Below, piece by piece: positions 19,416 to 28,287 of a stretch of 64,000 bases of DNA. The notes below the pieces were generated by a model. The model had not been told where the DNA came from, did not search any database, and saw only the letters and a program-made list of their open reading frames with translations. The stretch lies in the IMG/VR virus record IMGVR_UViG_2597489997_000001, positions 32,001 to 96,000 of that record. The stretch is one strand, 5' to 3'. A program made the position numbers and the translations under genes. The number at the start of each line of letters is the position of its first letter. Within the stretch, counting starts at the first letter, position 1. The stretch comes from a virus. Lineage: Duplodnaviria > Caudoviricetes.

Positions 19416-20215
19416 TGGCTTCAAAAGAAGAATTCGCTGGGATTGATAAGATTAAGCACGGTAAGCTTATCGAGTTTATGACCAATAACTTCCGTAATGT
19501 GGAAATTGCAGGTAAGCAAGTCATCCAGACCCCTGATGGTGAGTTTATCGAATACGTTCTGATGGAAGAATCCTACTTCGTAGAGAACTGGCTCGTTCAG
19601 TTTGCTATCGGGCACGTCGGTGAGAAGAACTACTTCAACCACCAGGAATGGTCTCGCCTGACCGATGGGTTCACCAAAGGTGCTATTATCTTAAACGAAG
19701 ATAAGCAACCTGTATGCCTGATCCGTAAATTCATTGATATGGACCTGGGCGGTGAATTACAACACCACATGGACCACTTTGCCCGTATGGCCTCTCAGGC
19801 TGCTCACGTTCCTGATAAGAATGAAGCTGATGAGATCATCGGTGCATTTGCTAACGCAGTAGAGCAGATCGCTTCTCAGAACCCAGACTACGATACTCTT
19901 ACGGCAATGATTCCATATGAGTATTACCTGCGCCATGGTATCGACCCAACTGTAGTCAAGCAGTGTATCTGGATCCGTGATAACTACACCTTAGGTGGTG
20001 AGCCTATTGACGCTGACAGCGACATCATGAAGGCAGTTGAGATTGTTCTCTATAAACACGCTCGTGGTGAACCTACCACTGAGAAAGAACGTAATCTCGT
20101 ATTCCATCTGACTAACGGTGATTTTAATTTTGACGGGAAGATGAATGAGGTAGACACCCAAAATTCTCCCGCCATTGAAAAGCCGGATGACAAATTCGAT
20201 CCATTAGCTGACTAA
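19415..20215 (+). CDS. conserved protein (phiKZ gp62-like by position)
   Basis: TAATG coupling; synteny. Confidence 0.6.
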   Translation: MASKEEFAGIDKIKHGKLIEFMTNNFRNVEIAGKQVIQTPDGEFIEYVLMEESYFVENWLVQFAIGHVGEKNYFNHQEWSRLTDGFTKGAIILNEDKQPVCLIRKFIDMDLGGELQHHMDHFARMASQAAHVPDKNEADEIIGAFANAVEQIASQNPDYDTLTAMIPYEYYLRHGIDPTVVKQCIWIRDNYTLGGEPIDADSDIMKAVEIVLYKHARGEPTTEKERNLVFHLTNGDFNFDGKMNEVDTQNSPAIEKPDDKFDPLAD

Positions 20216-20241
20216 CAGGTCTAGTGGGTCTAAGGAATACA

Positions 20242-21375
20242 ATGAAAAAGTTTAAAGGTCTGTTAACCACTGACCACCATTGCTTAAACCCACGAACACC
20301 TACTCGTCACATTTTGGGGAACCTGGACACATTCTACTATAAAGAAAATAACTTAGCTGATATTGACTTTAGTGTGATGTGTGGTGACTTCTTCGATGAC
20401 TTAGCTCCGGCTAACGATCCGAACATGATGATCTGCCAGCGCTGGATTAAAAAGCATTTACAGATCTGCCATGAAAAGAAAGTACACGTTCGTATTTTGG
20501 AAGGGACGTCGTCGCATGACTGGGGACAACCAGAAATCTTTGATATCCTTAAACCAAAAGACACCCCATATATAAAGTACATTAATACCTTATCCATTGA
20601 GTATATTCCTGAGCTGGATATCAACGTAATGTATGTACCGGATAACTTCGGTCATATATCCACCGATACCATTTACGAACAAGCTCTGAAATTAATGGCT
20701 GAGCATAATGTTTCTCAACTTGACTTTATCTTCTTGCACGGTGGGTTTGATTATCAGCTCCCTCCAATAGCAAACAAGAAAGGAACTCTTTACGATTCTG
20801 TCAAGTGGAGTGCATTAGCCAAGCACGCCATATTCAGTGGACATATTCATAAGCCATCTCAGAAGTTAAAGATTCACTGTGGTGGTTCGTTTGACCGTAT
20901 CTCATTTGGTGAGATGCACCCGAAAGGTGGTTATCGTTTCCAGTTCAACAAGGATGAGTTCAGCGCGTCGTTCTGGGAGAATAAGAACGCACTTATCTAT
21001 GATAAGATTCTGATCAATAAGGAAATGGATGCTAAACAAGTTTCTAAGGAACTTAATAACTACTTGTCTAAACGTCCACCGACTAATACCCACATTCGTT
21101 TAGTAGGTGGATTGTCGTCAGTTACCAACCCTCTGATTAATGAGTACAAGGAACAGTACCCGCAATACATCTTTGATTTGGATAACGTAAAAGAAGATAA
21201 CATCGAAGTAGATGATACTCTTTACACACCTGAGATGTATAAGGGTGTTGCGTTAACCAGACATAACCTCAAGGATAGTTTGTTCAACTTTATGGAATCC
21301 ACTTTTGTGCAAAATGACACGATCGATATGTCATTGATCCACGAAATAATGGATGAGGCTATGGGTACAGAATGA
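20242..21375 (+). CDS. SbcD/Mre11-like metallophosphoesterase nuclease (phiKZ gp65-like)
   Basis: DHH, GDFFD, GTSSHD, HG, GHIH motifs. Confidence 0.92.
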   Translation: MKKFKGLLTTDHHCLNPRTPTRHILGNLDTFYYKENNLADIDFSVMCGDFFDDLAPANDPNMMICQRWIKKHLQICHEKKVHVRILEGTSSHDWGQPEIFDILKPKDTPYIKYINTLSIEYIPELDINVMYVPDNFGHISTDTIYEQALKLMAEHNVSQLDFIFLHGGFDYQLPPIANKKGTLYDSVKWSALAKHAIFSGHIHKPSQKLKIHCGGSFDRISFGEMHPKGGYRFQFNKDEFSASFWENKNALIYDKILINKEMDAKQVSKELNNYLSKRPPTNTHIRLVGGLSSVTNPLINEYKEQYPQYIFDLDNVKEDNIEVDDTLYTPEMYKGVALTRHNLKDSLFNFMESTFVQNDTIDMSLIHEIMDEAMGTE

Positions 21376-22172
21376 TAGTGAGGACTAAGGGTACGCTTCC
21401 CATAAGCGTCGGTACGGCACTTGCCATTGAAACACTACCCAGTGTTAAGATGTACAAGTATCACGCCATCCTGTTCAATCTGAGAACGATTATCCGTAAT
21501 GCCAGACAAGCGTTTGAAGGCGACGTCCTTCCTTCTGTTAGCGAGTTGTTTGATGCTTGCAAAGAAGACATTGTCGGTATTGCGGAAGCCATAATTGCGA
21601 TGAAGATTCGCACCGTGTTGGAATTAAAGATTTACTACCCCAGCTATCGGTCGTTAGAGTCAACATTTCCATTAGGTAAAGTTATCGATGTTCAGAAGAA
21701 CGGTACCGATAAACAGAAGGCCATTTATAAACTCGATAAAGAAGTAGCTGATAAAGTACTTGCTGAATTTGGGAAAGGAATAACCCAAGTTGATTCGAGA
21801 GTTCCACAGTTTTCTGGTGATGCGTTGATCATGACTCATCATCCAGTCGATTTGGTTACAACAGAATCTTACTCCAGACTCTATCTATTAGAGTCACACA
21901 CTGGAACAATCAAAAACTACACTTTGACTTATTCCAAGTTGACAGGTTCTGATAAGTTTAACAACATACCGTTAAACAAGATTACGATACAAGTATTCGG
22001 GGACAAGTCCTCTAACTTCTATTCGCAGTCTATAGGTTTAAAGAACACCCTTAAACAGTTAGCAGACTCGGCGCATTGGTCAACAGCCTCTACACCAAGT
22101 ATGGTAGCAAGATCTATTCGTTCTCTGCCGGAATCCCCAGAGAAAGATATCCTCATTCAAATGTCTAAATAA
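21372..22172 (+). CDS. conserved protein, phiKZ gp66-like (possible 5'-3' exonuclease/PIN-like fold)
   Basis: ISVGTALA, NLRT, THHPVDL, LLESHTG, QVFGD; synteny. Confidence 0.65.
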   Translation: MIVRTKGTLPISVGTALAIETLPSVKMYKYHAILFNLRTIIRNARQAFEGDVLPSVSELFDACKEDIVGIAEAIIAMKIRTVLELKIYYPSYRSLESTFPLGKVIDVQKNGTDKQKAIYKLDKEVADKVLAEFGKGITQVDSRVPQFSGDALIMTHHPVDLVTTESYSRLYLLESHTGTIKNYTLTYSKLTGSDKFNNIPLNKITIQVFGDKSSNFYSQSIGLKNTLKQLADSAHWSTASTPSMVARSIRSLPESPEKDILIQMSK

Positions 22173-22184
22173 GAGAGTAATAAC

Positions 22185-22973
22185 ATGAGCCAGCAAAATA
22201 ACGGTACTTTCGTTCGTCGTCCACAGACCATGTTCAACGACTTCCGCTATCCGATGCCTAAGTCTGACAAACCTGTTGAGGGCGCTAAGTACCCTGCTAC
22301 CTGGACCTGGGAACTGGGCCTGTCCGGTCAGATCTTTATGAAGATCAATGACGGCGTCTGGGGTAAAGACGACAAGAACGCTAAGTCTAAAGAAGTCGAA
22401 TTGTCCTGGGCTGACCGTAACGCTCTGTTGAACCTGATGGAAGAAGCGTGTAACAACCCTAACTTCGGTAAGGCTCAGTACGTTGTTCGTAAAGTTACTT
22501 TCGGTAACGGCGGTCGTATGAATGACCACCCATCCACCATGGGTACATTCACCGTAATCCGTGACGGTCAAGGTAAGATCCACGTAGGTTACACCAAAGG
22601 TACTTACAAAGTAATGTTCCCATTCACCTCTCCTTACGACTCCATCATCCTGGTTTCTAAAGACGGTGAATCCGTAGAAGACAACGGCCTGATGTCACGT
22701 GTTTACTGTAAGGCATTCATCAACTTCTCTCGTAAGTATCTCGACCAGTACGAGTGGGATAACTTCAAACCACGTGAGAAGAAAGGTGGTGATAATAACG
22801 GTAACAACAATAACCGTGGTGGCGGTAATAACAGCTGGGGTGGTAACAATAACTCTGGTGGTAATGGTGGTGGTAACAGCGGTTGGGGTGGTAATAACTC
22901 CAATAGCGGTGGTGGTCAACAGACCCAGCAACGCCAAGCACCAGCAGATTTCGATGACGACATTGATTTCTAA
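22185..22973 (+). CDS. chmC: ChmC-like (phiKZ gp67) nucleus-associated RNA/ssDNA-binding protein with G/N-rich tail
   Basis: Two genes upstream of the PicA-like gene; globular N-terminus plus disordered Gly/Asn tail and acidic DFDDDIDF end. Confidence 0.72.
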   Translation: MSQQNNGTFVRRPQTMFNDFRYPMPKSDKPVEGAKYPATWTWELGLSGQIFMKINDGVWGKDDKNAKSKEVELSWADRNALLNLMEEACNNPNFGKAQYVVRKVTFGNGGRMNDHPSTMGTFTVIRDGQGKIHVGYTKGTYKVMFPFTSPYDSIILVSKDGESVEDNGLMSRVYCKAFINFSRKYLDQYEWDNFKPREKKGGDNNGNNNNRGGGNNSWGGNNNSGGNGGGNSGWGGNNSNSGGGQQTQQRQAPADFDDDIDF

Positions 22974-22993
22974 GGACTAGCATAGTTGATTAA

Positions 22994-23036
22994 CCTAGCT
23001 CGGGATGTCCCGAGCTAGGCTTTCTTTTATGTTTGT
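22994..23036 (+). terminator. hairpin plus TTTTATGTTTG
   Basis: cctagctcggga-tg-tcccgagctagg then ctttcttttatgtttgt. Confidence 0.75.
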
Positions 23037-23047
23037 CTAAAAATTAA

Positions 23048-23084
23048 CAGGCAGATATTATTAGCTTGTATATGACAGAGAGGA
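23048..23084 (+). promoter_or_regulatory. putative early promoter plus leader of the gp68-like operon
   Basis: CAGGCAGATATTAT...GTA...ATGACAGAGAGGA; both blocks identical at 28246-28281. Confidence 0.7.
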
Positions 23085-23091
23085 TTAACCT

Positions 23092-24723
23092 ATGCGTTAT
23101 GACAACCGAATGTCTGGTAAGAAGGCAATCGATGCAATAATCGTGACTCACAATGGTGAAGAGATTATCTTCCGTGGGGCACAGAAAGTAAATGGCGGTG
23201 ATGCTGACCAGGAACTGTTTGAATTTCTGAACGAATACTTCCAGAGTTGCTCTGAAGCTACTTTGGATAAACTGTGGGCTTTGATCAAAGCCGGTAAGCG
23301 AATCCTGGAACCAGGTTATTTCGAAGAGGTGGATACTCCAGAGATTCAGGAACTTCGTAAGCGTAATCAGGACTATAAGTTCTTGACTGAAAAGTTAGAG
23401 CCTATCATCCGTGAAATGTATACCGTTATCACACCTGCTGAAATCGGTTATGCTGCTCAGGTTACTGGACGTTGTGAAGCACCGAAAGATTTGATGGCAA
23501 TGTCTCAACTGGGCGACTATCCAGAAGAAACAACTATCGACGCATTTAAATATGCCGAACTGGTTAAGCAAGCATTCGCCGTTCAATTATCCTTCCCAGT
23601 GGTAAACCAACTACTGGACCATGTGTCTAGCATTACCGGTAAAGATTACAAAGATGTACCAGCCGGTACGATGATGGCGAACATCACAGCTTTAACCGAT
23701 ATGCCAGGTTGGCGTATTCTGGACGTATATGTCCGAGCATCATGCCTCCGTCAGGAAGCACGACGCAATAGTATCGGTGTGGTCAGTGATGTGAAGTACA
23801 TTGACTATATCGTATATAAAGGACTGTTCAATAAACTGTGTCTGACATTCTTACCGAGCAAGATCAATGGTAAGAACTTGTCTAAAGAACTGAACTCTCT
23901 GGTAGAGGGTGAAATCCGTGGCGGAGCCGATATTAAGTTTAAGACTTATAAGGATCCAAAACCAGGTTCTGATGACCAGTCTATTCCAGAATCATATCGT
24001 ATCGCTCAAGCAGTCAACGGTACCGATGAAATTGCGCAGGCCGAGTACTTTACTTTTGGCATGTATAATGAAGTCAGAGGGGAAGATCAATGGGGTAACC
24101 CTACTGTACGCTTAGAGAAGAAACATAAAGACTTCTTCTATTATCAGTGTATGGGTCTGGGTATTAAGAACCAAGCTCTCGCAGAACGTTTGTTCAACAC
24201 TCTGCCACGGCTCTGGGACTTCCGTCTGACCACGGTACATATAAAGTTACTGCAACTTGTATTTAGCGGCAACATAAACTACTATCTGATTCCGGTACTG
24301 AATTACGACCAGTTAATGGCCGCAATTGTATTGGCTCAGGTTAAGCTTTATGAGATGGGCTTTGAGAATCTGGCGACTCTGTGCGCTATCGTTCGCAACC
24401 CTTCTTATCATGTCGTTTATCTGGATGACGATTTTAAACTCACCACCAAAGATCGTGAAGTATTGACCGAGATGTGTGATATCTATTCCGGTCAGTCGAC
24501 ATCGACTACAGAAAACATTCTGGTTAAGTCGGTATCTGATCTCCTCGATGAACTTGCTACCTCAGGTTGGGATTCGAATATCGAAGCCGGGCTGTTGGGT
24601 AATGAAAAGTTCGTCAACGCTATGAGTTCCGGTCAAATGTATCAAGTGGACTTGATACCTGAGATGAAACGTGAACTGTTAGCATTAATCAAATTAAATA
24701 ACTCTACTGTAGACGAGGAATAA
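23092..24723 (+). CDS. nvRNAP promoter-specificity subunit (phiKZ gp68-like)
   Basis: 543 aa; position between ChmC-like and PicA-like genes; YAELV, SIPESY motifs. Confidence 0.72.
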   Translation: MRYDNRMSGKKAIDAIIVTHNGEEIIFRGAQKVNGGDADQELFEFLNEYFQSCSEATLDKLWALIKAGKRILEPGYFEEVDTPEIQELRKRNQDYKFLTEKLEPIIREMYTVITPAEIGYAAQVTGRCEAPKDLMAMSQLGDYPEETTIDAFKYAELVKQAFAVQLSFPVVNQLLDHVSSITGKDYKDVPAGTMMANITALTDMPGWRILDVYVRASCLRQEARRNSIGVVSDVKYIDYIVYKGLFNKLCLTFLPSKINGKNLSKELNSLVEGEIRGGADIKFKTYKDPKPGSDDQSIPESYRIAQAVNGTDEIAQAEYFTFGMYNEVRGEDQWGNPTVRLEKKHKDFFYYQCMGLGIKNQALAERLFNTLPRLWDFRLTTVHIKLLQLVFSGNINYYLIPVLNYDQLMAAIVLAQVKLYEMGFENLATLCAIVRNPSYHVVYLDDDFKLTTKDREVLTEMCDIYSGQSTSTTENILVKSVSDLLDELATSGWDSNIEAGLLGNEKFVNAMSSGQMYQVDLIPEMKRELLALIKLNNSTVDEE

Positions 24724-24728
24724 GAATA

Positions 24729-26273
24729 ATGAGCATGAATCTGGTAAAAGCACGTTGTGGTCTGACTAACTACTATCACCAACAAGTTATCCGTAACCCT
24801 GTTCTGAATCTGGAAACGACATTGATCGACCAGCTTACAGAAGAAAACATGATGGGTGGGGTGAATGGTTCCACTCTGAAGATGGCTGCTGTAATGGGTG
24901 GTGGTCTGAATGCTCAGGCTTCTGGCTTTGCAAACATCATGGATGGTTGGAATGACTCCAAAGGTCTGATGATGTTGGATTTCTGTTCCAGTGATTCCCC
25001 TGTAGCTGTTGAGTACATGCACGTTATCGGGTATGTAACAAACAACGGTGCTGAACAGGGCCTGACTATGGATGCTCTCTTTACTCCGGTAATGAGTTGG
25101 AAATCCCATGAGTCTATCACTGCATCGGGTATGCTGGATAGCCCAACATCTGTACGTCGTAAAATGGGTGGTCGTACTGACTATATCCTGAACGATGGTT
25201 CTCAAATGGGTTCTGTCGTATCCCTTCGTCCTTCTGACATTATCGATTATTCTATCGAGAAAGCGTCTTCTGACGATATCCTGGAGCGGATGCAGGATGA
25301 AGGTATGGACGGAATGGTTCCTCAAACTACCGTGGCTGCTTCTGACATCAGTCGTGTCGGCGTTGTTACATCAAAACGTGGTAACCTGAACCCAACCAAC
25401 TATGCGACAGATATGCTTGTTGCCGGTACTGGTTATCAGCGTAATCAACAACTCCAGTCCAACATGATGGACAGCATGGGTGAGAACACTACTCAGTTTG
25501 ACGGGATGTTTAATGACCTGTCTCAGCTGGCGTATCAATCTCGTAACAAAGAACCTGAATTACTGCGTGATGACTTCTTCCGTGAAATGATGGAAATGAT
25601 GGGGCAAGCTCAAATGCGTGGCTTCCGTGGCTATACCATCGGTGATCTGGAAATGGCATTCCCGAACATCAACGAAGTTCTGGATTTAACCTTCATGGAT
25701 AAATCTGAATTCGTGGTTAACGATTTTACTGCTGATACAGAAAGCATGGGTACTTCCCAGCTGGAAGAATTCGTATCTCAGGAAATCACCATGAACATCA
25801 TGGACCTGATGATCAAGTACGGTCTGTCTGAAATCAACTTCCGTGGTTCAAACTGCGATAACTACGGTGGTGATGGTGCATTGTCTAACGTCGTTGTTCT
25901 TCCATATGGTTCTTTCTCTCTGGATGCCGATGACTATCAACTGGGCCAAAAGACCGAAGCATTCGTAGATGATCTGACCAATCAGATCTTTGCGAAACTG
26001 AATGGTCTTCGTCCGGCAGATATGACGCCAATTCGTTTTGATGTCAGTGCTGAACTGTTCGGTACTTTGATCGTTAACATGGTGCGTGTGGACGATAGCA
26101 ACATCGGCGGCGGTTTCGATATGTCAGCAGGCGGCGTACCAGCAGGTATGGGTTCTCGCGTATATCCAACTTACGCAATTAACAACTTCGGTACGGTTAC
26201 TGGTGATAAAGAACAAGCTCAAGTAGCGGGTTCCAACTTCTTCTCTAACCTGTCCTCTTATTTCCAATCTTAA
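24729..26273 (+). CDS. picA: PicA/Imp1 nuclear protein-import factor (phiKZ gp69-like)
   Basis: 514 aa; IMDGW, GY, LRPSD, SKRGN..P..Y motifs; synteny after gp68. Confidence 0.72.
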   Translation: MSMNLVKARCGLTNYYHQQVIRNPVLNLETTLIDQLTEENMMGGVNGSTLKMAAVMGGGLNAQASGFANIMDGWNDSKGLMMLDFCSSDSPVAVEYMHVIGYVTNNGAEQGLTMDALFTPVMSWKSHESITASGMLDSPTSVRRKMGGRTDYILNDGSQMGSVVSLRPSDIIDYSIEKASSDDILERMQDEGMDGMVPQTTVAASDISRVGVVTSKRGNLNPTNYATDMLVAGTGYQRNQQLQSNMMDSMGENTTQFDGMFNDLSQLAYQSRNKEPELLRDDFFREMMEMMGQAQMRGFRGYTIGDLEMAFPNINEVLDLTFMDKSEFVVNDFTADTESMGTSQLEEFVSQEITMNIMDLMIKYGLSEINFRGSNCDNYGGDGALSNVVVLPYGSFSLDADDYQLGQKTEAFVDDLTNQIFAKLNGLRPADMTPIRFDVSAELFGTLIVNMVRVDDSNIGGGFDMSAGGVPAGMGSRVYPTYAINNFGTVTGDKEQAQVAGSNFFSNLSSYFQS

Positions 26274-26289
26274 TCTGGAGCTGTAACAA

Positions 26290-27801
26290 ATGAACAAGCT
26301 TAATAAACTGTACGAAGCCATGCTGAAATCTTGGGGCTGTACTCTGTCTGCCGACGCAGCAATCAGCCTCAACTTCAGCGGCACCGTCGTACCAGTTACA
26401 GTAGAAGAGAAACAGGTATATCTGGCTACATCTGAAAACCTGAACGGCGTGACCATTGGTAAGGTATTCTTCCACCCGGCATGTGAATCCATCATGTCTA
26501 AAGAAACCGAAATCTTTAAGGTCATCCGTAAACTGTCTACTGCCAAGATCTATGCCGTATTCCAGCCTATCTGCGAAGTTCTGTTTGCGGTAGCAGGTAA
26601 GAAATCCGGTAAGACCCTGACTGGTAAAATGATGGAAATGCTGGAACCGTTCAAAACGGTAACCAAAGCGGTTAAGCAGGAAGTACTTGATATCATCAAG
26701 ACTATCTCCGTAACCATCGAAGATCAAAACGTGGATACTCGTCTGATCAGTTTTAACCTGATGAAAGGTGGAAAGACTGAAAACGACGAACCTATCTATT
26801 ATACCGCAACTCCGAGCTTCCCGTTCTATACTGAACTGTATCGTACCGCAGCACAGAACGAACATCTGAAAGCTGCTGACCGTCTGAGCTTTAATGGGCT
26901 GAGTGTTTCTATGCAGGCGATGCGTGTTGTTATCGCTCTGTTCGAAATTGCAATCCCAGCGGTTATCGATCCAGCTCGTCATAAGTATGCAGCGACTACT
27001 CAGGACGCAGCGCGTCTGACAGCATATCTGCATTCCTATGGTCTGGTTGTATCTGACATGAACAGTCTGATCGGTAAGTTCCGTAAAGAGTTCGATGCTA
27101 TCGGCATTTACGGTATTGATATTGACTGGTTGTCCGAACTGGACGAAATCAGCGAAATCAAGAAACTGATCCCGGCCCTGGATTATAACAACTACAACAT
27201 GGGTTCTGCTCCAGAAGCACCAGCGGCTAATAGCGGCGCTCGTATTTCCAGCTATAACCCAGTTGCAGGTATGTTTAATTCTTCCAGTCAGTCCAACATC
27301 AATCAGGGTTCTGCAAACACAATTGCGTCTGCTCCGAAGATCCCTGATGCGATGCCAGGTGAGAACTACATCGGTTGTGATTATTCTCAGGCTAATGGTA
27401 TTTATGAATATAAATTCCAGTGTAACAATGGCTTGGTTCGTGTACGTCGTCTGGCTGAAGATGGCCGCTTCATTTCTGAAGACTTCCAGAACCCGATGAT
27501 GACTAACATGAACGGTATGAACAACAATGGCGTTCCTCCACTGGGTATGGGTATGCCAAACATGATGATGCCTGGTATGGCTAACCCAATGATGATGAAC
27601 ATGATGGGATCTGGTATTCCAATGTTCGGCATGGGACAGCCTGGGATGGGTGCAATGGTTCGTGACCCATATACCGGTCAAATGGTAATGGCAGGTAACA
27701 ACCAAGCTCAGAACAACGGTTTCCAACAGCCACAGAACAATGGCATTCAGTGGAACACCGGTATTGATCTCGGTTCAACTGCTGGCATCAACGACTACTA
27801 A
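26290..27801 (+). CDS. conserved protein, phiKZ gp70-like, with Met/Gly/Pro/Asn-rich C-terminus
   Basis: FFHPACES motif; synteny; low-complexity tail. Confidence 0.7.
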   Translation: MNKLNKLYEAMLKSWGCTLSADAAISLNFSGTVVPVTVEEKQVYLATSENLNGVTIGKVFFHPACESIMSKETEIFKVIRKLSTAKIYAVFQPICEVLFAVAGKKSGKTLTGKMMEMLEPFKTVTKAVKQEVLDIIKTISVTIEDQNVDTRLISFNLMKGGKTENDEPIYYTATPSFPFYTELYRTAAQNEHLKAADRLSFNGLSVSMQAMRVVIALFEIAIPAVIDPARHKYAATTQDAARLTAYLHSYGLVVSDMNSLIGKFRKEFDAIGIYGIDIDWLSELDEISEIKKLIPALDYNNYNMGSAPEAPAANSGARISSYNPVAGMFNSSSQSNINQGSANTIASAPKIPDAMPGENYIGCDYSQANGIYEYKFQCNNGLVRVRRLAEDGRFISEDFQNPMMTNMNGMNNNGVPPLGMGMPNMMMPGMANPMMMNMMGSGIPMFGMGQPGMGAMVRDPYTGQMVMAGNNQAQNNGFQQPQNNGIQWNTGIDLGSTAGINDY

Positions 27802-27824
27802 GTCATAATTAAAAAGTAAATACC

Positions 27825-27850
27825 TACCTCCTACTGCATAGTAGGAGGTA
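27825..27850. terminator. bidirectional terminator between convergent genes
   Basis: tacctcctact-gcat-agtaggaggta with A-rich 5' and T-rich 3' flanks. Confidence 0.8.
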
Positions 27851-27874
27851 GTATTCTTTTATTCACTTTTTCTT

Positions 27875-28210
27875 TTATTCTCTTCTTACTCGAGTAACCT
27901 GTATTACCGAATCGACTTGTTCTTTAGTTACCGTAAAGAGACCCGGTATCTTAGTAAAGTCGGCGTTAGGGTTTTCCATATTGTTAATAAAGGAAGTGAC
28001 CCAAATGAGTTCTTCTGGAATAGTAGGATTATCCCCACCAAGGTTACGTAAGAACTTATGGAAGTTATACTTATAAGCAAACTTTATACTGTCATCTGCA
28101 AATGCAGAAAACGCTGCTTGTGATAATAAGATTTCTTTACAGGAACGAATAATCGTTTTGAATTCGTCTGTATAATAGTAGGAGTTTCCATACGGGATAG
28201 CTACGGGCAT
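27875..28210 (-). CDS. conserved small protein (possible baseplate wedge/LysM-like)
   Basis: AGGTG RBS; minus-strand gene between gp70- and gp71-like genes; W.TSFIN...NP motif. Confidence 0.65.
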   Translation of the reverse strand: MPVAIPYGNSYYYTDEFKTIIRSCKEILLSQAAFSAFADDSIKFAYKYNFHKFLRNLGGDNPTIPEELIWVTSFINNMENPNADFTKIPGLFTVTKEQVDSVIQVTRVRRE

Positions 28211-28245
28211 TTTATCACCTAATAAAAGGATGGGCCAAAGATAAT

Positions 28246-28281
28246 CAGGCAGATATTATCTATACGTAATGACAGAGAGGA
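28246..28281 (+). promoter_or_regulatory. putative early promoter plus leader of nvRNAP beta
   Basis: CAGGCAGATATTAT...GTA-ATGACAGAGAGGA. Confidence 0.7.
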
Positions 28282-28287
28282 ATTACA

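Noticed and set aside
22695-22983. Several alternative-frame ORFs and a repeat-like GGT/AAT tract
   Set aside because: Explained by the Gly/Asn-rich coding tail; not a tandem DNA repeat or array
26245-27726. 493-aa antisense ORF with His-rich start
   Set aside because: His runs are CAT mirrors of the Met (ATG) repeats in the gp70-like gene; shadow ORF
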